NCBI GenBank assembly: GCA_037441285.1
Contig: JBBISL010000004.1
Coordinates: forward strand, 22,398-86,397
From: a candidate division WOR-3 bacterium
GTDB taxonomy: Bacteria > Hydrothermota > Tepidihabitantia > Tepidihabitantales > Tepidihabitantaceae
Reading direction: 5' to 3'
DNA length: 64,000 bases
Below the pieces are notes generated by a model. It ran no database searches, was not told the origin of the DNA, and saw only the letters and a list, made by a program, of their open reading frames with translations. Within the stretch, counting starts at the first letter, position 1, and each line of letters starts with the position of its first letter. Positions 51,284 to 62,200 of this stretch are shown here, one piece after another. Made by a program: the position numbers and the translations under genes.

Positions 51284-53373
51284 AAGTATTTGAGGCCGCC
51301 AAGCAGCTGAACCTCTCCAGCGAGGCGCTGCTGGCACTCCTCAAAGAACTAAACTTGCCGCCCCGCGGTTATACTTCTTACATTACCGAAGATGAATTTG
51401 AGGCGGTCAAACAAAAACTGCGGAAAGAAAAACACCAGTTCAAAGAATCCATCCGTCGCCGGAAATCTTCTGAAGCATCAGCCCTAAACACAAAAAAAAT
51501 CGACGAAAAAGAAATCAATCAAAACATTAAACAAACTCTGATAAAAGTTCACGGCCGAGATAAAAAGAAGCAAAAGACTCCTCGGGAGGAACTAAAACGT
51601 CAACCGAGCGAACCAAAAACATCTACCGCGGTCAAGGTTACTCCCTATATGACCGTCACCGAACTGGCGCACGCCTTCAACATCCCAGTTTCGGAGATTA
51701 TTAAAAAGTGCTTAGCCATCGGATTGCGCGCCACCGTTAACCACCGCCTCGACCTCGATACCATTATGTTGATTGCCGACGAATTCAAAATCGCAGTTCA
51801 ACAAGAAGAAGAAATCGAAAAACCAATAGAGCGGTGTGATTTTCGACCTCGCCCGCCCGTCGTTGTTGTTATGGGCCATGTTGACCACGGGAAAACCGCA
51901 CTGCTTGATTACATCCGAAAAACAAAAGTTGCCGAGCAAGAAGTCGGCAGAATAACCCAGCACATTGGAGCTTATGTTGCTCACTACGGAGACAAGCAAA
52001 TCGTTTTTTTGGATACACCGGGCCACGAAGCGTTCACCGCCATGCGGGCGCGCGGCGCCCAGGTCACCGACATTGCTGTCCTCGTCGTTGCGGCTGATGA
52101 AGGCATTATGCCCCAGACTCTTGAAGCCCTTGACCATGCTCGGGCGGCCGGTGTTCCGATTATTGTTGCCATAACTAAATGTGACCTGCCGACGGCAAAT
52201 CCGGACCGGGTAAAAAGTCAACTCGCCAATTATAATGTGAGGGTAGAAGAGTACGGCGGTCATACAGTATGCATCGAAACCTCATCAGTGACCGGTCAGG
52301 GAATTGAGGCATTACTTGACGCAATCGCAGTGGTCAGCCTGGAAATGAATCTTCAGGCGCCCTACGATGGACCAGCCCGCGGCGTGGTGATTGAAGCTCG
52401 GGTTGACCGTGGTCGTGGTAACATTGCTACCGTATTGATCCAAGAAGGCACATTAAAACGCGGTGACCCCTTTGTTGCCGGCGAGCACTATGGAAGAGTC
52501 CGCGATATGCTTAACGAAGCATTTATCTCCCAGGAATGCGCCACACCGTCCATCCCCGTACAGGTTCTTGGATTTTCGGGATTACCTCAAGCCGGTGACC
52601 GCTTTGAGGTTGTTGAAGATGAACGTACCGCCCGCGAAATTGCCCGGCGTCGCCTTCTGGCAAAACGGGACCGCATCATTGCCGCCAGCAAACCTAAGGT
52701 GTCCCTCGAGGCACTTCAGGACCAGATTGCCAAAGGTCAGGTCAAAGAGTTAAAAATTGTCCTTAAGACTGATGTATCTGGCTCCGCTGAGGCGCTCAAA
52801 GATGCCCTCGAAGGCTTGTCCCTGGATGAAGTAAAAGTAAAAGTCATCCACTCTGGCGTGGGACCCATAACCCAGAACGATGTCCTTTTAGCCCAGGCAT
52901 CTGAAGCAATTGTCATCGGTTTCAATGTGCGTCCTCTCGCCGACGCCCGCCAATTTGCCGAGCGGGAAGGGGTCGAAATTCGTACCTATCGGATAATTTA
53001 TGCGGCAATCGATGATGTCCGGGCAGCAATGTTAGGCATGCTCGAACCGGAACAGAAAGAGGTAGTATTAGGTAGAGCCGAAGTTCGGCAGATATTCTCC
53101 GCACCGCGTATCGGCTTAATTGCCGGTTCATTTGTAACCGAAGGCAAAGTGGTCCGCGGTGCTTTGGTTCGGGTCATCCGTCAGAACAAAACAATTTTTG
53201 CCAGCGAAGTGGTATCGTTACGGCGTTTCAAAGATGATGTCAAGGAGGTTGCCACCGGCTATGAATGCGGTATTGGTATCAAAGATGCAACCGACCTCCA
53301 GGAAGGGGACATTCTCGAATTTTACCAAATTGAAGAAGTAAAGCGCGGGGCCAGCGCCTCGAATGAACGGTAA
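51271..53373 (+). CDS. infB: Translation initiation factor IF-2
   Basis: G-domain [24 protein letters not shown]; C-terminal IF2 beta-barrel domains. Confidence 0.9.
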   Translation: MVKLKVFEAAKQLNLSSEALLALLKELNLPPRGYTSYITEDEFEAVKQKLRKEKHQFKESIRRRKSSEASALNTKKIDEKEINQNIKQTLIKVHGRDKKKQKTPREELKRQPSEPKTSTAVKVTPYMTVTELAHAFNIPVSEIIKKCLAIGLRATVNHRLDLDTIMLIADEFKIAVQQEEEIEKPIERCDFRPRPPVVVVMGHVDHGKTALLDYIRKTKVAEQEVGRITQHIGAYVAHYGDKQIVFLDTPGHEAFTAMRARGAQVTDIAVLVVAADEGIMPQTLEALDHARAAGVPIIVAITKCDLPTANPDRVKSQLANYNVRVEEYGGHTVCIETSSVTGQGIEALLDAIAVVSLEMNLQAPYDGPARGVVIEARVDRGRGNIATVLIQEGTLKRGDPFVAGEHYGRVRDMLNEAFISQECATPSIPVQVLGFSGLPQAGDRFEVVEDERTAREIARRRLLAKRDRIIAASKPKVSLEALQDQIAKGQVKELKIVLKTDVSGSAEALKDALEGLSLDEVKVKVIHSGVGPITQNDVLLAQASEAIVIGFNVRPLADARQFAEREGVEIRTYRIIYAAIDDVRAAMLGMLEPEQKEVVLGRAEVRQIFSAPRIGLIAGSFVTEGKVVRGALVRVIRQNKTIFASEVVSLRRFKDDVKEVATGYECGIGIKDATDLQEGDILEFYQIEEVKRGASASNER

Positions 53374-53399
53374 AGTTGACCGCTCAGTACAGTTAACAG

Positions 53400-53684
53400 A
53401 TGAGTGTTGGTTTATTACTTGTTGACTGCTTTCTGGGAAACAGTTTTTCTCTAAAAGAAAAGCGGCGCGTACTGTCCAGCCTAACCGCCCACCTCCGTCG
53501 TTACTACAATATCGCACTTTGTGAGGTCGAATACCAGAACCAGTGGCAACGTGCTAAGTTGGCAATTGTTTTCGTTAATACCGATTGGCAAATGGTACTC
53601 CAGAATGCGCAAAAAATCATCACGCAGATTGAACAGGATGGCCGGGTCAGCGTATTGAACTCGGAAATGACGCGGCTTCGTTAA
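53400..53684 (+). CDS. DUF503 family protein (YlxP-like), conserved member of the nusA-infB operon
   Basis: Size and conserved position after infB; the ...LKEKRRVL..L...R.YNI.L.E.......A.L pattern. Confidence 0.65.
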   Translation: MSVGLLLVDCFLGNSFSLKEKRRVLSSLTAHLRRYYNIALCEVEYQNQWQRAKLAIVFVNTDWQMVLQNAQKIITQIEQDGRVSVLNSEMTRLR

Positions 53685-54463
53685 CGCAAAAACAACAAAA
53701 CTGCAAGACCAACGAACCAGCAGTAAATTCCAAACAAAAAGAACCAGCGACTAAGTACCAAACGCCGCAGCAACAAAATCATGAAAAAACCGGCTACACC
53801 AGCTGTAATAATCCCAAGTATAACCGGTCCAAGGGCAATAACCGAAAAGTCAAAATGGAGTAGTTCAAAGACCGCCGCCCCTACCGTAATCGGTATTGCC
53901 AGAAGGAATGAAAATTCAAATGCTTCATACCGCCTAATGCCTAACAGTAATGCCAGACCGATTGTTGTTCCCGAACGCGAAATTGCCGGCAATAGCGCCG
54001 TTGCTTGAATCGTTCCGATCAGCAGCGCTTCTCCCCAGTTAATAGATTTATCCCGGTTGGGAGCAAATCGTGTTGCCAAAAGCAAAAGCCCGTTGAGGCA
54101 GAAAAACCACCCAATTGCCTTGGAACTGGTAAAAATGTTTTCAACAAATTTACCAAATAGCAGACCGACAATAACCGCCGGCAAAGAGCTTACAAGCACC
54201 ATAAATACCAGCTGCTGACTCTGACTGCGCTGCGCGGGCTCGATTGCAAACAACCCCCGGATAATATCTGATAGTTTTGGGGCAAAGAATACAATGAGCG
54301 CGACCGCTGTACCAAGATGAAGTGCCGCGGTCAAATTGACCCTGATGTGTTCTGGAATGTTCCACAGATACTCTAAAACTGCTAAATGGCCATCGCTCGA
54401 AACCGGCAGGATTTCCGTAACCCCTTGCACTAACCCCACTACCAAGCTTTCTAACCACCGCAT
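53681..54463 (-). CDS. uppP: Undecaprenyl-diphosphatase
   Basis: ...GLVQGVTEILPVSSDGHL... and ..ISRSGTTI.. BacA/UppP motifs; 8 TM helices. Confidence 0.85.
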   Translation of the reverse strand: MRWLESLVVGLVQGVTEILPVSSDGHLAVLEYLWNIPEHIRVNLTAALHLGTAVALIVFFAPKLSDIIRGLFAIEPAQRSQSQQLVFMVLVSSLPAVIVGLLFGKFVENIFTSSKAIGWFFCLNGLLLLATRFAPNRDKSINWGEALLIGTIQATALLPAISRSGTTIGLALLLGIRRYEAFEFSFLLAIPITVGAAVFELLHFDFSVIALGPVILGIITAGVAGFFMILLLRRLVLSRWFFLFGIYCWFVGLAVLLFLR

Positions 54464-56140
54464 CTAAAAACCGGCTCCAAAGCTAAAATGAACCTTACCC
54501 TGTCCGATACTTTTCCCCCAGCCCAACCCGTAATCAAGTCCCACAACACCGACTTTTGTCTGCCACCTTCCACCCACTCCGTACCCCGCAAGCCACTGAT
54601 AACCGCCCATCAAATTTTGAAACACTCCGGTATCGAAAAAAAACTGCACCCGGGTCAGCGTTGAAAAGTTGTACCTTAACTCACAATTCCACCAGCCTGT
54701 TTTAGGAGTAACATAGGCGCCTTCGCGATATCCGCGAACGCTTAAAATCCCACCCACCTGGTAAAACTCGGGAACACTCAAATCGTAGCGAGCAAATGCG
54801 GTTCGAGCCGCAAAATGGTTGACAAGTACAAAGTTACCCACAAGCGGGACAGCAGGCTCGAAATCTAACTCTAACTTTGTTATCACATCCTCTTTTTCAC
54901 CACTCCTCCGTTGGCCAGCGCGGCTAAAAAGCCTTGCCCAGAAGCCGCTTCGGTTATTAACCACCCGGTCCCGATAGTCAACAATCAAACCGCTTCCCAG
55001 CCAGCGGGTCGTATTGCTCTCGGTCCCTGCTATTCGGTCAAACCCTGCCCCAACACTGAAACTCGCGTTTCCAGTAGTATATGTCCCGGTAACAGATATT
55101 GTGGTAAAGGAATAACTAGTGTCAAGGACATTATGTTCAACGCCTCCCTGCAGCTCAACCGGTAAACGAAAAACCCAGGGTTCCGAATAATTCAAATTGT
55201 AATAACTATATCCGCGGAACGAACGCCATTCACCCTCAACCTTTCTTCCCGAGTTCATCAAATTTAAAAGCCGCAACTTTACCCATCCCGTCCAGTACCG
55301 CTCCTCAGACAGATAGCCTGCGCTACCGAAAACTTCACCGCTACGATAAGCAGAAATCCAGTAGCGCAACCCATAATCACCTTCGCGTCTCATTACAATA
55401 TCCTGACTATCAACTACCACCCACCCGCTCTTTTCTAAACCCCGGCGCCAATTAACAACAACCCGTGGGGAGTAGGGCACATATTGTTTAAACCCGGTAT
55501 ACCGAATTAATAATGAATCAGAATTTAGCAAGTTACCGCCAAAAGTTATAAATTTTACTATTACTCTTGGACCGGTATCCACCGAAATGATAGGAAAAAG
55601 AAATCCAGCAGTTTCGCCAATGCCGGCAACACTTACCGATACCCAGGGAAAACCAGCATCACGGTATGCCCTTGCTATTTTCTCTTCCAGTTTATTTATC
55701 ACCTTGGCGGTTATAATCGTGCCCCGGGAAGGCAAACCAGCCAGTGGTATTGTAATAACCTTTGACCCGCCTTCAAAAGACCAGCCACCTAATCGCGCCC
55801 TCTTTACACTATCAACCTGATATGTTACCGCCACCCCATTTTCATTTATGGCGGTTTCTACAGTTACTTCATTCGGCCAGAAACCCCGGTCAAACAACTG
55901 GCGTCGGATATGTTCCTTGCCGGCTTCAATTATTTCACCGTTAACACTTTCCCCCACTTCAAAACCGGGTGAAATTCCCCGGGGCAACCCTTTACCCTTG
56001 ATTGACAAAGAAACCACCCATTGACTCATTCCCAAAACCGAATCTCCACCCAGAAATTCGAAGATAAAAACCAGTAATAAACTGCGGCTAACTGATAAAT
56101 AAGTACTGACGCCAATCCTCCGGAATATCTCCCAGCGCAT
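54464..56140 (-). CDS. Omp85-family outer membrane protein (BamA/TamA-like; POTRA repeats plus C-terminal barrel)
   Basis: POTRA-like repeats, a beta-barrel region and the C-terminal ...HFSFGAGF ending in F. The start is uncertain; ATG 56140 gives a signal-like N-terminus but overlaps the HNH gene 3' end by 53 nt. Confidence 0.55.
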   Translation of the reverse strand: MRWEIFRRIGVSTYLSVSRSLLLVFIFEFLGGDSVLGMSQWVVSLSIKGKGLPRGISPGFEVGESVNGEIIEAGKEHIRRQLFDRGFWPNEVTVETAINENGVAVTYQVDSVKRARLGGWSFEGGSKVITIPLAGLPSRGTIITAKVINKLEEKIARAYRDAGFPWVSVSVAGIGETAGFLFPIISVDTGPRVIVKFITFGGNLLNSDSLLIRYTGFKQYVPYSPRVVVNWRRGLEKSGWVVVDSQDIVMRREGDYGLRYWISAYRSGEVFGSAGYLSEERYWTGWVKLRLLNLMNSGRKVEGEWRSFRGYSYYNLNYSEPWVFRLPVELQGGVEHNVLDTSYSFTTISVTGTYTTGNASFSVGAGFDRIAGTESNTTRWLGSGLIVDYRDRVVNNRSGFWARLFSRAGQRRSGEKEDVITKLELDFEPAVPLVGNFVLVNHFAARTAFARYDLSVPEFYQVGGILSVRGYREGAYVTPKTGWWNCELRYNFSTLTRVQFFFDTGVFQNLMGGYQWLAGYGVGGRWQTKVGVVGLDYGLGWGKSIGQGKVHFSFGAGF

Positions 56141-56591
56141 TCAAAGCAAATGTCACATAGTGCGGCGCCTTGGGCTTACGGCGTAGTTTCATATTTGCCT
56201 GTGCCGGAGTTCGGCTGCCTTTTCGGGCATTGCATTGAGGACAGGCGCAAACCATATTCTCCCAGGAATCAGTACCGCCCAATGCTTTCGGAATCACATG
56301 GTCTGCCGTCATCACTGGTCCGCGTGCACCGCAGTACTGACAGGTGTTATTATCACGGCGCAAGATGTTGCGTTTCGTTAAAGGAACTTCCCGACGCTTA
56401 ACCCGCACATAATAGTTCAACCGTAGAACGCTCGGCAGAGGAAAACTCATATTAACCGTATGTAACTCGAGTCCCGAACTCTCAACCGGTTCCGCTTTTC
56501 GGGTTAGAACCAAAACCAGTGCCCGTCTTGTCCGGCAAACCGAAATCGGCTCGTAATTTTGATTCAAAAGCAAAACCGGACGATTTAGCAT
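56088..56591 (-). CDS. HNH endonuclease family protein
   Basis: ...RDNNTCQYCGARG...ADHVIPKALGGTDSWENMVCACPQCNARKG is the HNH motif (C..C...H...N...C..C). Confidence 0.7.
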   Translation of the reverse strand: MLNRPVLLLNQNYEPISVCRTRRALVLVLTRKAEPVESSGLELHTVNMSFPLPSVLRLNYYVRVKRREVPLTKRNILRRDNNTCQYCGARGPVMTADHVIPKALGGTDSWENMVCACPQCNARKGSRTPAQANMKLRRKPKAPHYVTFALNALGDIPEDWRQYLFIS

Positions 56592-56606
56592 CTCATCTTT
56601 TTAAAC

Positions 56607-57788
56607 CTACCGGACAAACAACTCCTTGTCAATAGAATTGATACTGTTGTCGATATATTCAATCTGCGCCCGGCCGTAACTGGCTAAACTTGTATCGTTA
56701 AGCGCCTTCTGGTAATAGCCCCGTGCTTCTTCATACAACGCTTTCGCCGCTCGCAGATTGGCGGTTGATGTCTGGGCAAGATTAGTGCCTCGCTTCCCAT
56801 CCGCCTGCTTGCGACGATTGTCTCCCAGGTCAACATATGCCTGGAGCAAATTCGGGTCCAGTGCCAGCGCCCGCCGCAGATTCGCATCGGAAGCCCCAAA
56901 ATTACCCTGCTCACTCAACGCCTCGCCCTTATAGAGATAGGCAATCGCAAGAGTTGAGTCACTGGCAATCACCTCATCAAACTTCTTTATCGCCTCCTTC
57001 ATCTTGCCCTGACGCGCGAGAATCATCCCCTGTCGCAACTTTACCTGATAATTCGTCGGCTCAATTGTCAAAATCGTATCAATCTGTGCCAGTGCCCCTT
57101 TATAATCCTTCAACTCAACCATCGCATCAACCAGTTTCGCCCGCAAACTTGTCACCTGAGGAAACCGCGCTGCCAGCGGCTTCAAAGCCTCCACCGCCTC
57201 GCGGTACCTTCCAACTTTATAGAGAAACTCGCCCCAGAGCCTTTGCACCGCCAAATCATCGGGAAAACGTTTCAAAGCGATGCGATAAACTGAATCGGCT
57301 TGGGACATCATTCCTTTCCGCACATAAATATCGGCAACGCCATTGTACAAATCGGCAAGGCTTGAATCCTGCGCCAACCCTTCTTGATAAACCTCCAGCG
57401 CATCATCGACCCTGCCCATTTCCAGATACATATCACCCAGCGCCTCATAAGCCTTTGCCTTCTTAGGGTCAATTTTCATCGCCTTGCGATAGTACTCCTC
57501 TGCCTGCCCCGCATCCCGTTTTTTCCGCCAGATATTACCAATCGCAATGTACGGGTCGTAATAAAGCGAATCGTAAGCCAGTGCCTGCTCAAAATTCTTG
57601 AGCGCCGATTCAAAATCACCCTGTTGATAATAACCAGCGCCGATACTATAACTTTGCTGTGCCGAATCCCGCCGCGCCTGCAACTGCTCATCGGAAAATT
57701 TGGTAACCGTCTGAGTTGGGGCACATCCTATTTCAAATACCCCCCAAACTAAAAACGCCGCTATTATAAAAATCCCCGCCTTTTTCAT
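56607..57788 (-). CDS. TPR-repeat lipoprotein
   Basis: Signal peptide MKKAGIFIIAAFLVWGVFEIGC; at least 8 tandem 34-aa TPR units (e.g. A..Y...G..Y...G....A...Y..AL..DP). Confidence 0.7.
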   Translation of the reverse strand: MKKAGIFIIAAFLVWGVFEIGCAPTQTVTKFSDEQLQARRDSAQQSYSIGAGYYQQGDFESALKNFEQALAYDSLYYDPYIAIGNIWRKKRDAGQAEEYYRKAMKIDPKKAKAYEALGDMYLEMGRVDDALEVYQEGLAQDSSLADLYNGVADIYVRKGMMSQADSVYRIALKRFPDDLAVQRLWGEFLYKVGRYREAVEALKPLAARFPQVTSLRAKLVDAMVELKDYKGALAQIDTILTIEPTNYQVKLRQGMILARQGKMKEAIKKFDEVIASDSTLAIAYLYKGEALSEQGNFGASDANLRRALALDPNLLQAYVDLGDNRRKQADGKRGTNLAQTSTANLRAAKALYEEARGYYQKALNDTSLASYGRAQIEYIDNSINSIDKELFVR

Positions 57789-57851
57789 CTCTTACTCCTT
57801 ATCCTTTCCTTATATCTTGAACTATCCGTCAAATCCTACCTCTCCCAAACT

Positions 57852-57924
57852 ATGGAGCCGACGGGATTCGAACCCGTGACCTTTTGACTGCCAGTCAAAC
57901 GCGCTCCCAACTGCGCCACGGCCC
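57852..57924 (-). tRNA. tRNA-Ala (anticodon GGC)
   Basis: The reverse complement GGGGCCGTGGCGCAGTTGGGAGCGCGTTTGACTGGCAGTCAAAAGGTCACGGGTTCGAATCCCGTCGGCTCCA has a G3:U70 pair, the Ala identity element. Anticodon loop CTGGCAG and T-loop TTCGAAT. Confidence 0.8.
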
Positions 57925-58185
57925 CAGAATTATAACCGCCATAAACTACACACAGTTTAATCAAACTTTATTAAGTTTTACTCAATTTCCATCAAAAGTC
58001 AAGGTAATAATACCAGTGGTCCTACACCGACATCAAAACAACCTCAATCAATCTTTACAGAAAAGTAGAAACTAAAAATCTGCCGCTAATGCTAAAACAA
58101 ATCTCCTCATTGCAAACTATTGCTCCCTGCCTCATTGAACTTGACTAACACAGGTTCTTTGACTACCATTATATGTAATTAAACA

Positions 58186-58764
58186 ATGAGGAAAGGGAAT
58201 TTTACGCCAGTTTACTTTAACCGTCCCGGTGGCAAAAATACCGCTCAAACCATCACCCTTGCCTTAAACCGCGCCCGGGAACTGAATATCAAACACATTG
58301 TTGTCGCCTCCACCACCGGCAAGACCGCGCTTGCGCTTCTCCGTCAGACAAAAAATCGGTTCAACATCGTCTGCGTGACCCATCATTGCGGTTTTGCCGA
58401 ACCCGGTAAATCAGAACTTTCACCAACCATCGAGGCGAAACTGAAAACTCCCGGAGTCTCAGTTTTACGAACTACCCATCTCTTTGCCGGAGTTGACCGT
58501 GCCCTGCGCCTCAAATTCGGCGGCGCGTACCCGGCAGAAATCGTCGCCAGTACATACCGGACCCTGGGCGAAGGTATTAAGGTGGCGGTGGAAATTGCGG
58601 TTATGGCACTTGATGCCGGCATTGTTCCCTATGGTAAAGACCTGATCAGCATTGCCGGCACCGGAACCGGTGCTGACACCGCCATCGTTATCCAGCCCGT
58701 CCATTCCAACCGCTTCTTTGAAACCAGGGTAAAAGAAATTATCTGCAAACCAAGAAATTTTTAA
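58186..58764 (+). CDS. Pyruvate kinase C-terminal (alpha/beta) domain-like stand-alone protein
   Basis: ...IKHIVVASTTGKTALALLRQ...NIVCVTHH... resembles the PK_C allosteric domain fold found as ~190-aa orphan proteins. Confidence 0.45.
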   Translation: MRKGNFTPVYFNRPGGKNTAQTITLALNRARELNIKHIVVASTTGKTALALLRQTKNRFNIVCVTHHCGFAEPGKSELSPTIEAKLKTPGVSVLRTTHLFAGVDRALRLKFGGAYPAEIVASTYRTLGEGIKVAVEIAVMALDAGIVPYGKDLISIAGTGTGADTAIVIQPVHSNRFFETRVKEIICKPRNF

Positions 58765-58776
58765 GAGGAGTTCATT

Positions 58777-59214
58777 ATGAGTGAATGCCCTTTTTGCGCG
58801 ATTGTTGCTGGTAAGGCACCCTGCCGTAAAGTTTACGAAGACGAACACACCCTGGGTTTTCTTGACCTTTATCCAATTTCCCGGGGCCACTGTCTTGTCA
58901 TCACCAAAAAGCATATCCGCTGGTTTACCGACATCCAACCCCAGGATAACATCGCCGGGCCCTTTCTCCGTGCCTGCTATCTTGTTGCCCGCAAAGTTAA
59001 AAACGCCTTTGATTGCGAACACATCACAATGATCATCCGCGGTACGAGAGTGCCCCATCTCCATATGTTAATTGTCCCAACTATCAAAAATGAAGAGAGC
59101 ATTCTTGACAAAACGCTCAACCTCCACCATTTCTGTCAGTCACGCCTGAAACCACAGTTTTCTGAAGCCGAACTGGATGCCATCGCCGAAAAAATAAGGG
59201 TTTCCCCGGTATAA
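58777..59214 (+). CDS. HIT (histidine triad) family protein
   Basis: CPFCAIVAGK...HCLVITKKH... and the ..VPHLHMLIVP histidine triad. Confidence 0.8.
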   Translation: MSECPFCAIVAGKAPCRKVYEDEHTLGFLDLYPISRGHCLVITKKHIRWFTDIQPQDNIAGPFLRACYLVARKVKNAFDCEHITMIIRGTRVPHLHMLIVPTIKNEESILDKTLNLHHFCQSRLKPQFSEAELDAIAEKIRVSPV

Positions 59215-59231
59215 AACTTTTCTTATAAAAT

Positions 59232-59253
59232 GCGGGGCGGTGATCCGCCCCGC
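59232..59253. terminator. Bidirectional rho-independent terminator (perfect 9-bp GC-rich hairpin) between convergent HIT and T9SS cargo genes
   Basis: GCGGGGCGG-TGAT-CCGCCCCGC flanked by A-rich and T-rich tracts. Confidence 0.55.
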
Positions 59254-59283
59254 TTCATTGTTTACCTCAGTCGCTTGCCCGCG

Positions 59284-62200
59284 CTATTCCACAACCAGTT
59301 TCCGGGTTACGGTGGATTTACCAACCAGTTTCACAAGATAGACACCGCTGGGCAACATCCCAAGGTTCACCATCGCCTGTTCCTTCCCCAGCGGCTGAGA
59401 AAACACCATCCTGCCAGTCGCATCAAAAATCTGCAGCCGCATTCCTGCCGTCGCACCGGAAATGAACAGCACACCTTTACCGCGTACCGGATTGGGCGCA
59501 ATGGTCAGCGAACCAGACATTTCTTGTATCGTTCCCATTACCCCCTTCCTGTCCGGGGAATCAGCAAAGAGCGTATCGGCGGTAACATAGCACCACAACT
59601 CCGGCGTCTTATTGCCTTTCAGGGCAAAGAAAATCCCGTCCTCATAAAGAACAATGTCGCCACCGCCTTTCACCCGCTTTTTCCTTCCGGTCGAGCCAAC
59701 CGATGGCATCGTATCCAGTTCCACCCAGGAGTCACCCAGCGCATCATAACGCCAGAACTCACAGGTGTTGCCACCTTTAAGCGCATAGATTGCATCGTTA
59801 TACCAGGCACCGGAACTGCCATCCTTACATTTCTTGGTCTTCCCTAACTTCCCGACAAAAGGCATCCCCGACAGCGGTTGACTGAACCAGGTATCAGCCA
59901 GAACATCGTACCTCCACAACTCGTGCACCTTGGCTTTGTGCGCATAAATATAAAACTCATTTTGTCCTGGTCGCGCGTTATAAACCATCCAGGAACCCCG
60001 GTCCCATCTCCTGCCGGTCGCAGTCACTGGTGCCGGTGCCCTGGTCTCCCATACACCGGAAACGGTGTTGAACCGGTAAAACTCATCGGTATAACCTTTC
60101 AGAAGGTAAACATAACCGGTATCGGTATGGGGCCTTTTGATATAAACCATATCCGCGCCGGCTTTCACCCGTTTACCACTTGAACCCAGCGGTACATTCT
60201 CCAGCTGTAGCCAGGTGTCAAGTTCTACATTGTAAGCCCAGAACCCCAAGGTGTTGTTACCCTTGGTGGCATAAATATAGTCACCGCCCGCAACCCCGAC
60301 TGATGCGCGCCGCGGTGGTCTGCCTTCGGCACCCAAAGGCATCGGCTGTAACTGATGCCAGGTGTCGGCTAATGGGTCATAAAGGTAAAAGTCGCCCACC
60401 TTGTTACCTTTAAGCACAAACAGACAGCGTGTCCCGCTTACCCGCATTTGAGTCAGCCATCCCCCATCACTTACCCCTTTATTAGAAGGTGCCAGCGGCA
60501 CCTGACTAACCTCTTGCCAGCCATAGGGCCAATGAGGAATACGCCGCACCACGAAATCGGCGCTGCGCACATCGTTGCCCGGAAATGTATCATTGCTACA
60601 GAATGTTGAACACCGGACGGTCCAGGTTCCAGGTACACCACCAACCGAATACACCGGGAAGGTAATAATCGTGTCCCTTTGACCGGCAAGACCGGTTATT
60701 GGTAGCGATTCGTTGTAGACGAGCGTGCCCGCAGCATCAAACATCGTGAAATAGGCACTGAAATCTGCTGGGTTATCTCCGCGATTCCACCAGCGCGCCC
60801 GCGGTGTGACCACCGCGCCACTATCAATTGTACCACTGGGCGCTTGAATCTGAAACATCTCGATGTCGGTGGTGTAAACTGTAAAATTTCCTTCCTGCAC
60901 ATCGTTCGTTGAGTTTTTATCCGGGATTGCGGTGGTTGAGCAGCGCACTGTCCATTGCCCGGCATCATTCACTACAAAATCGGGAAAGACCAGGGTGCTT
61001 TCAACACCCGGTGCTAAACCGGCAACATTGAGTGATTCCGAATAAACCCGATTGCCTGAGGGGTTGATGAGGAAACAGAACAACCAAAAGTCCACACTAT
61101 TGTTAGCCCCGAAATTGCGACAGACCACCCGGGGCGTTACGGTAGTTCCCGGCATTATCAATCCTGATGGTGATAGAATCGAAGACACCCCGGCGTCAAC
61201 CAGCTCGCCCCGGATGTAATACACATCGTTGTCACCGTCGTAATTGTCATACCAGACAATATGCAGGTCATCAAACTCGCCCGCGGCTAAAGCCGGATAG
61301 TAAAGACCGGTCTGAGCCCGATTGGTCAACTGCATCACCTCGCCCCAGTTGCCCGCCTGCTTCTGCCGGCACAGGATTTCGAACCGGGTAGGCGAGATTT
61401 CGGTATAACCCCGCCAAACAACACTAATTACACCATCAACCTCGGAAACAACCGGGTCGTATTGATTACCATTGGTATAGGTACTTACAATTTCGGTTGT
61501 CCCCCAGCCCGACCCGGTTTTTGTCCGATAAAACACCCGGTCGTAAGTAGAACCTGAAACATCGCCATTCCAGACCACATAAACCGTTGAACCGTCGCTG
61601 TTCACCGCCACCACCGGTGCGAACATATCGGCATTTGCGTTGACATCGGACACCTGCTCAATATCCCGCCATGTGCCACTACCGCTGCGCCAGCGATAAA
61701 AAACCTGCCAGTAACCAGCCACCTTTTTCCGCCAGACAACATAGACGCTATCTGCCCGGTCAACCGCAACCGACGCCTGCATACTTGAATCGCTCGGGAA
61801 GTTATCAACAATAGTAACAGCACTCCACCCGGTACCAGGGGTGTACTCAATATGTTTGATTCGGTAATAAGTCGGGTTCGAAGCATCTCTGCCATACCAG
61901 ACGATATGGACATTGTTGCCGCCGGGGCGACAGGCAATTGATGGATAGTAGTTAAGATGAGTGCCGCCGGGGTTGTAAAGATAAACCGAATCTCCCCAGG
62001 TGCCCGTTGCAACATTCCACCTTTTATACCATATCCCGTAGTAAGGCGATGTTGAATGATACCAGGTAATATGGACATTACCCGAATCGTCACAGGCAAC
62101 CGCTGGACGATAAACCGCAACCGATTGATTGGTCACCTGCGTAATTGGACCCCAGCTGCCACTTGCTCTTGACCATTTTCGATAAAAAACCTGGTTGCTG

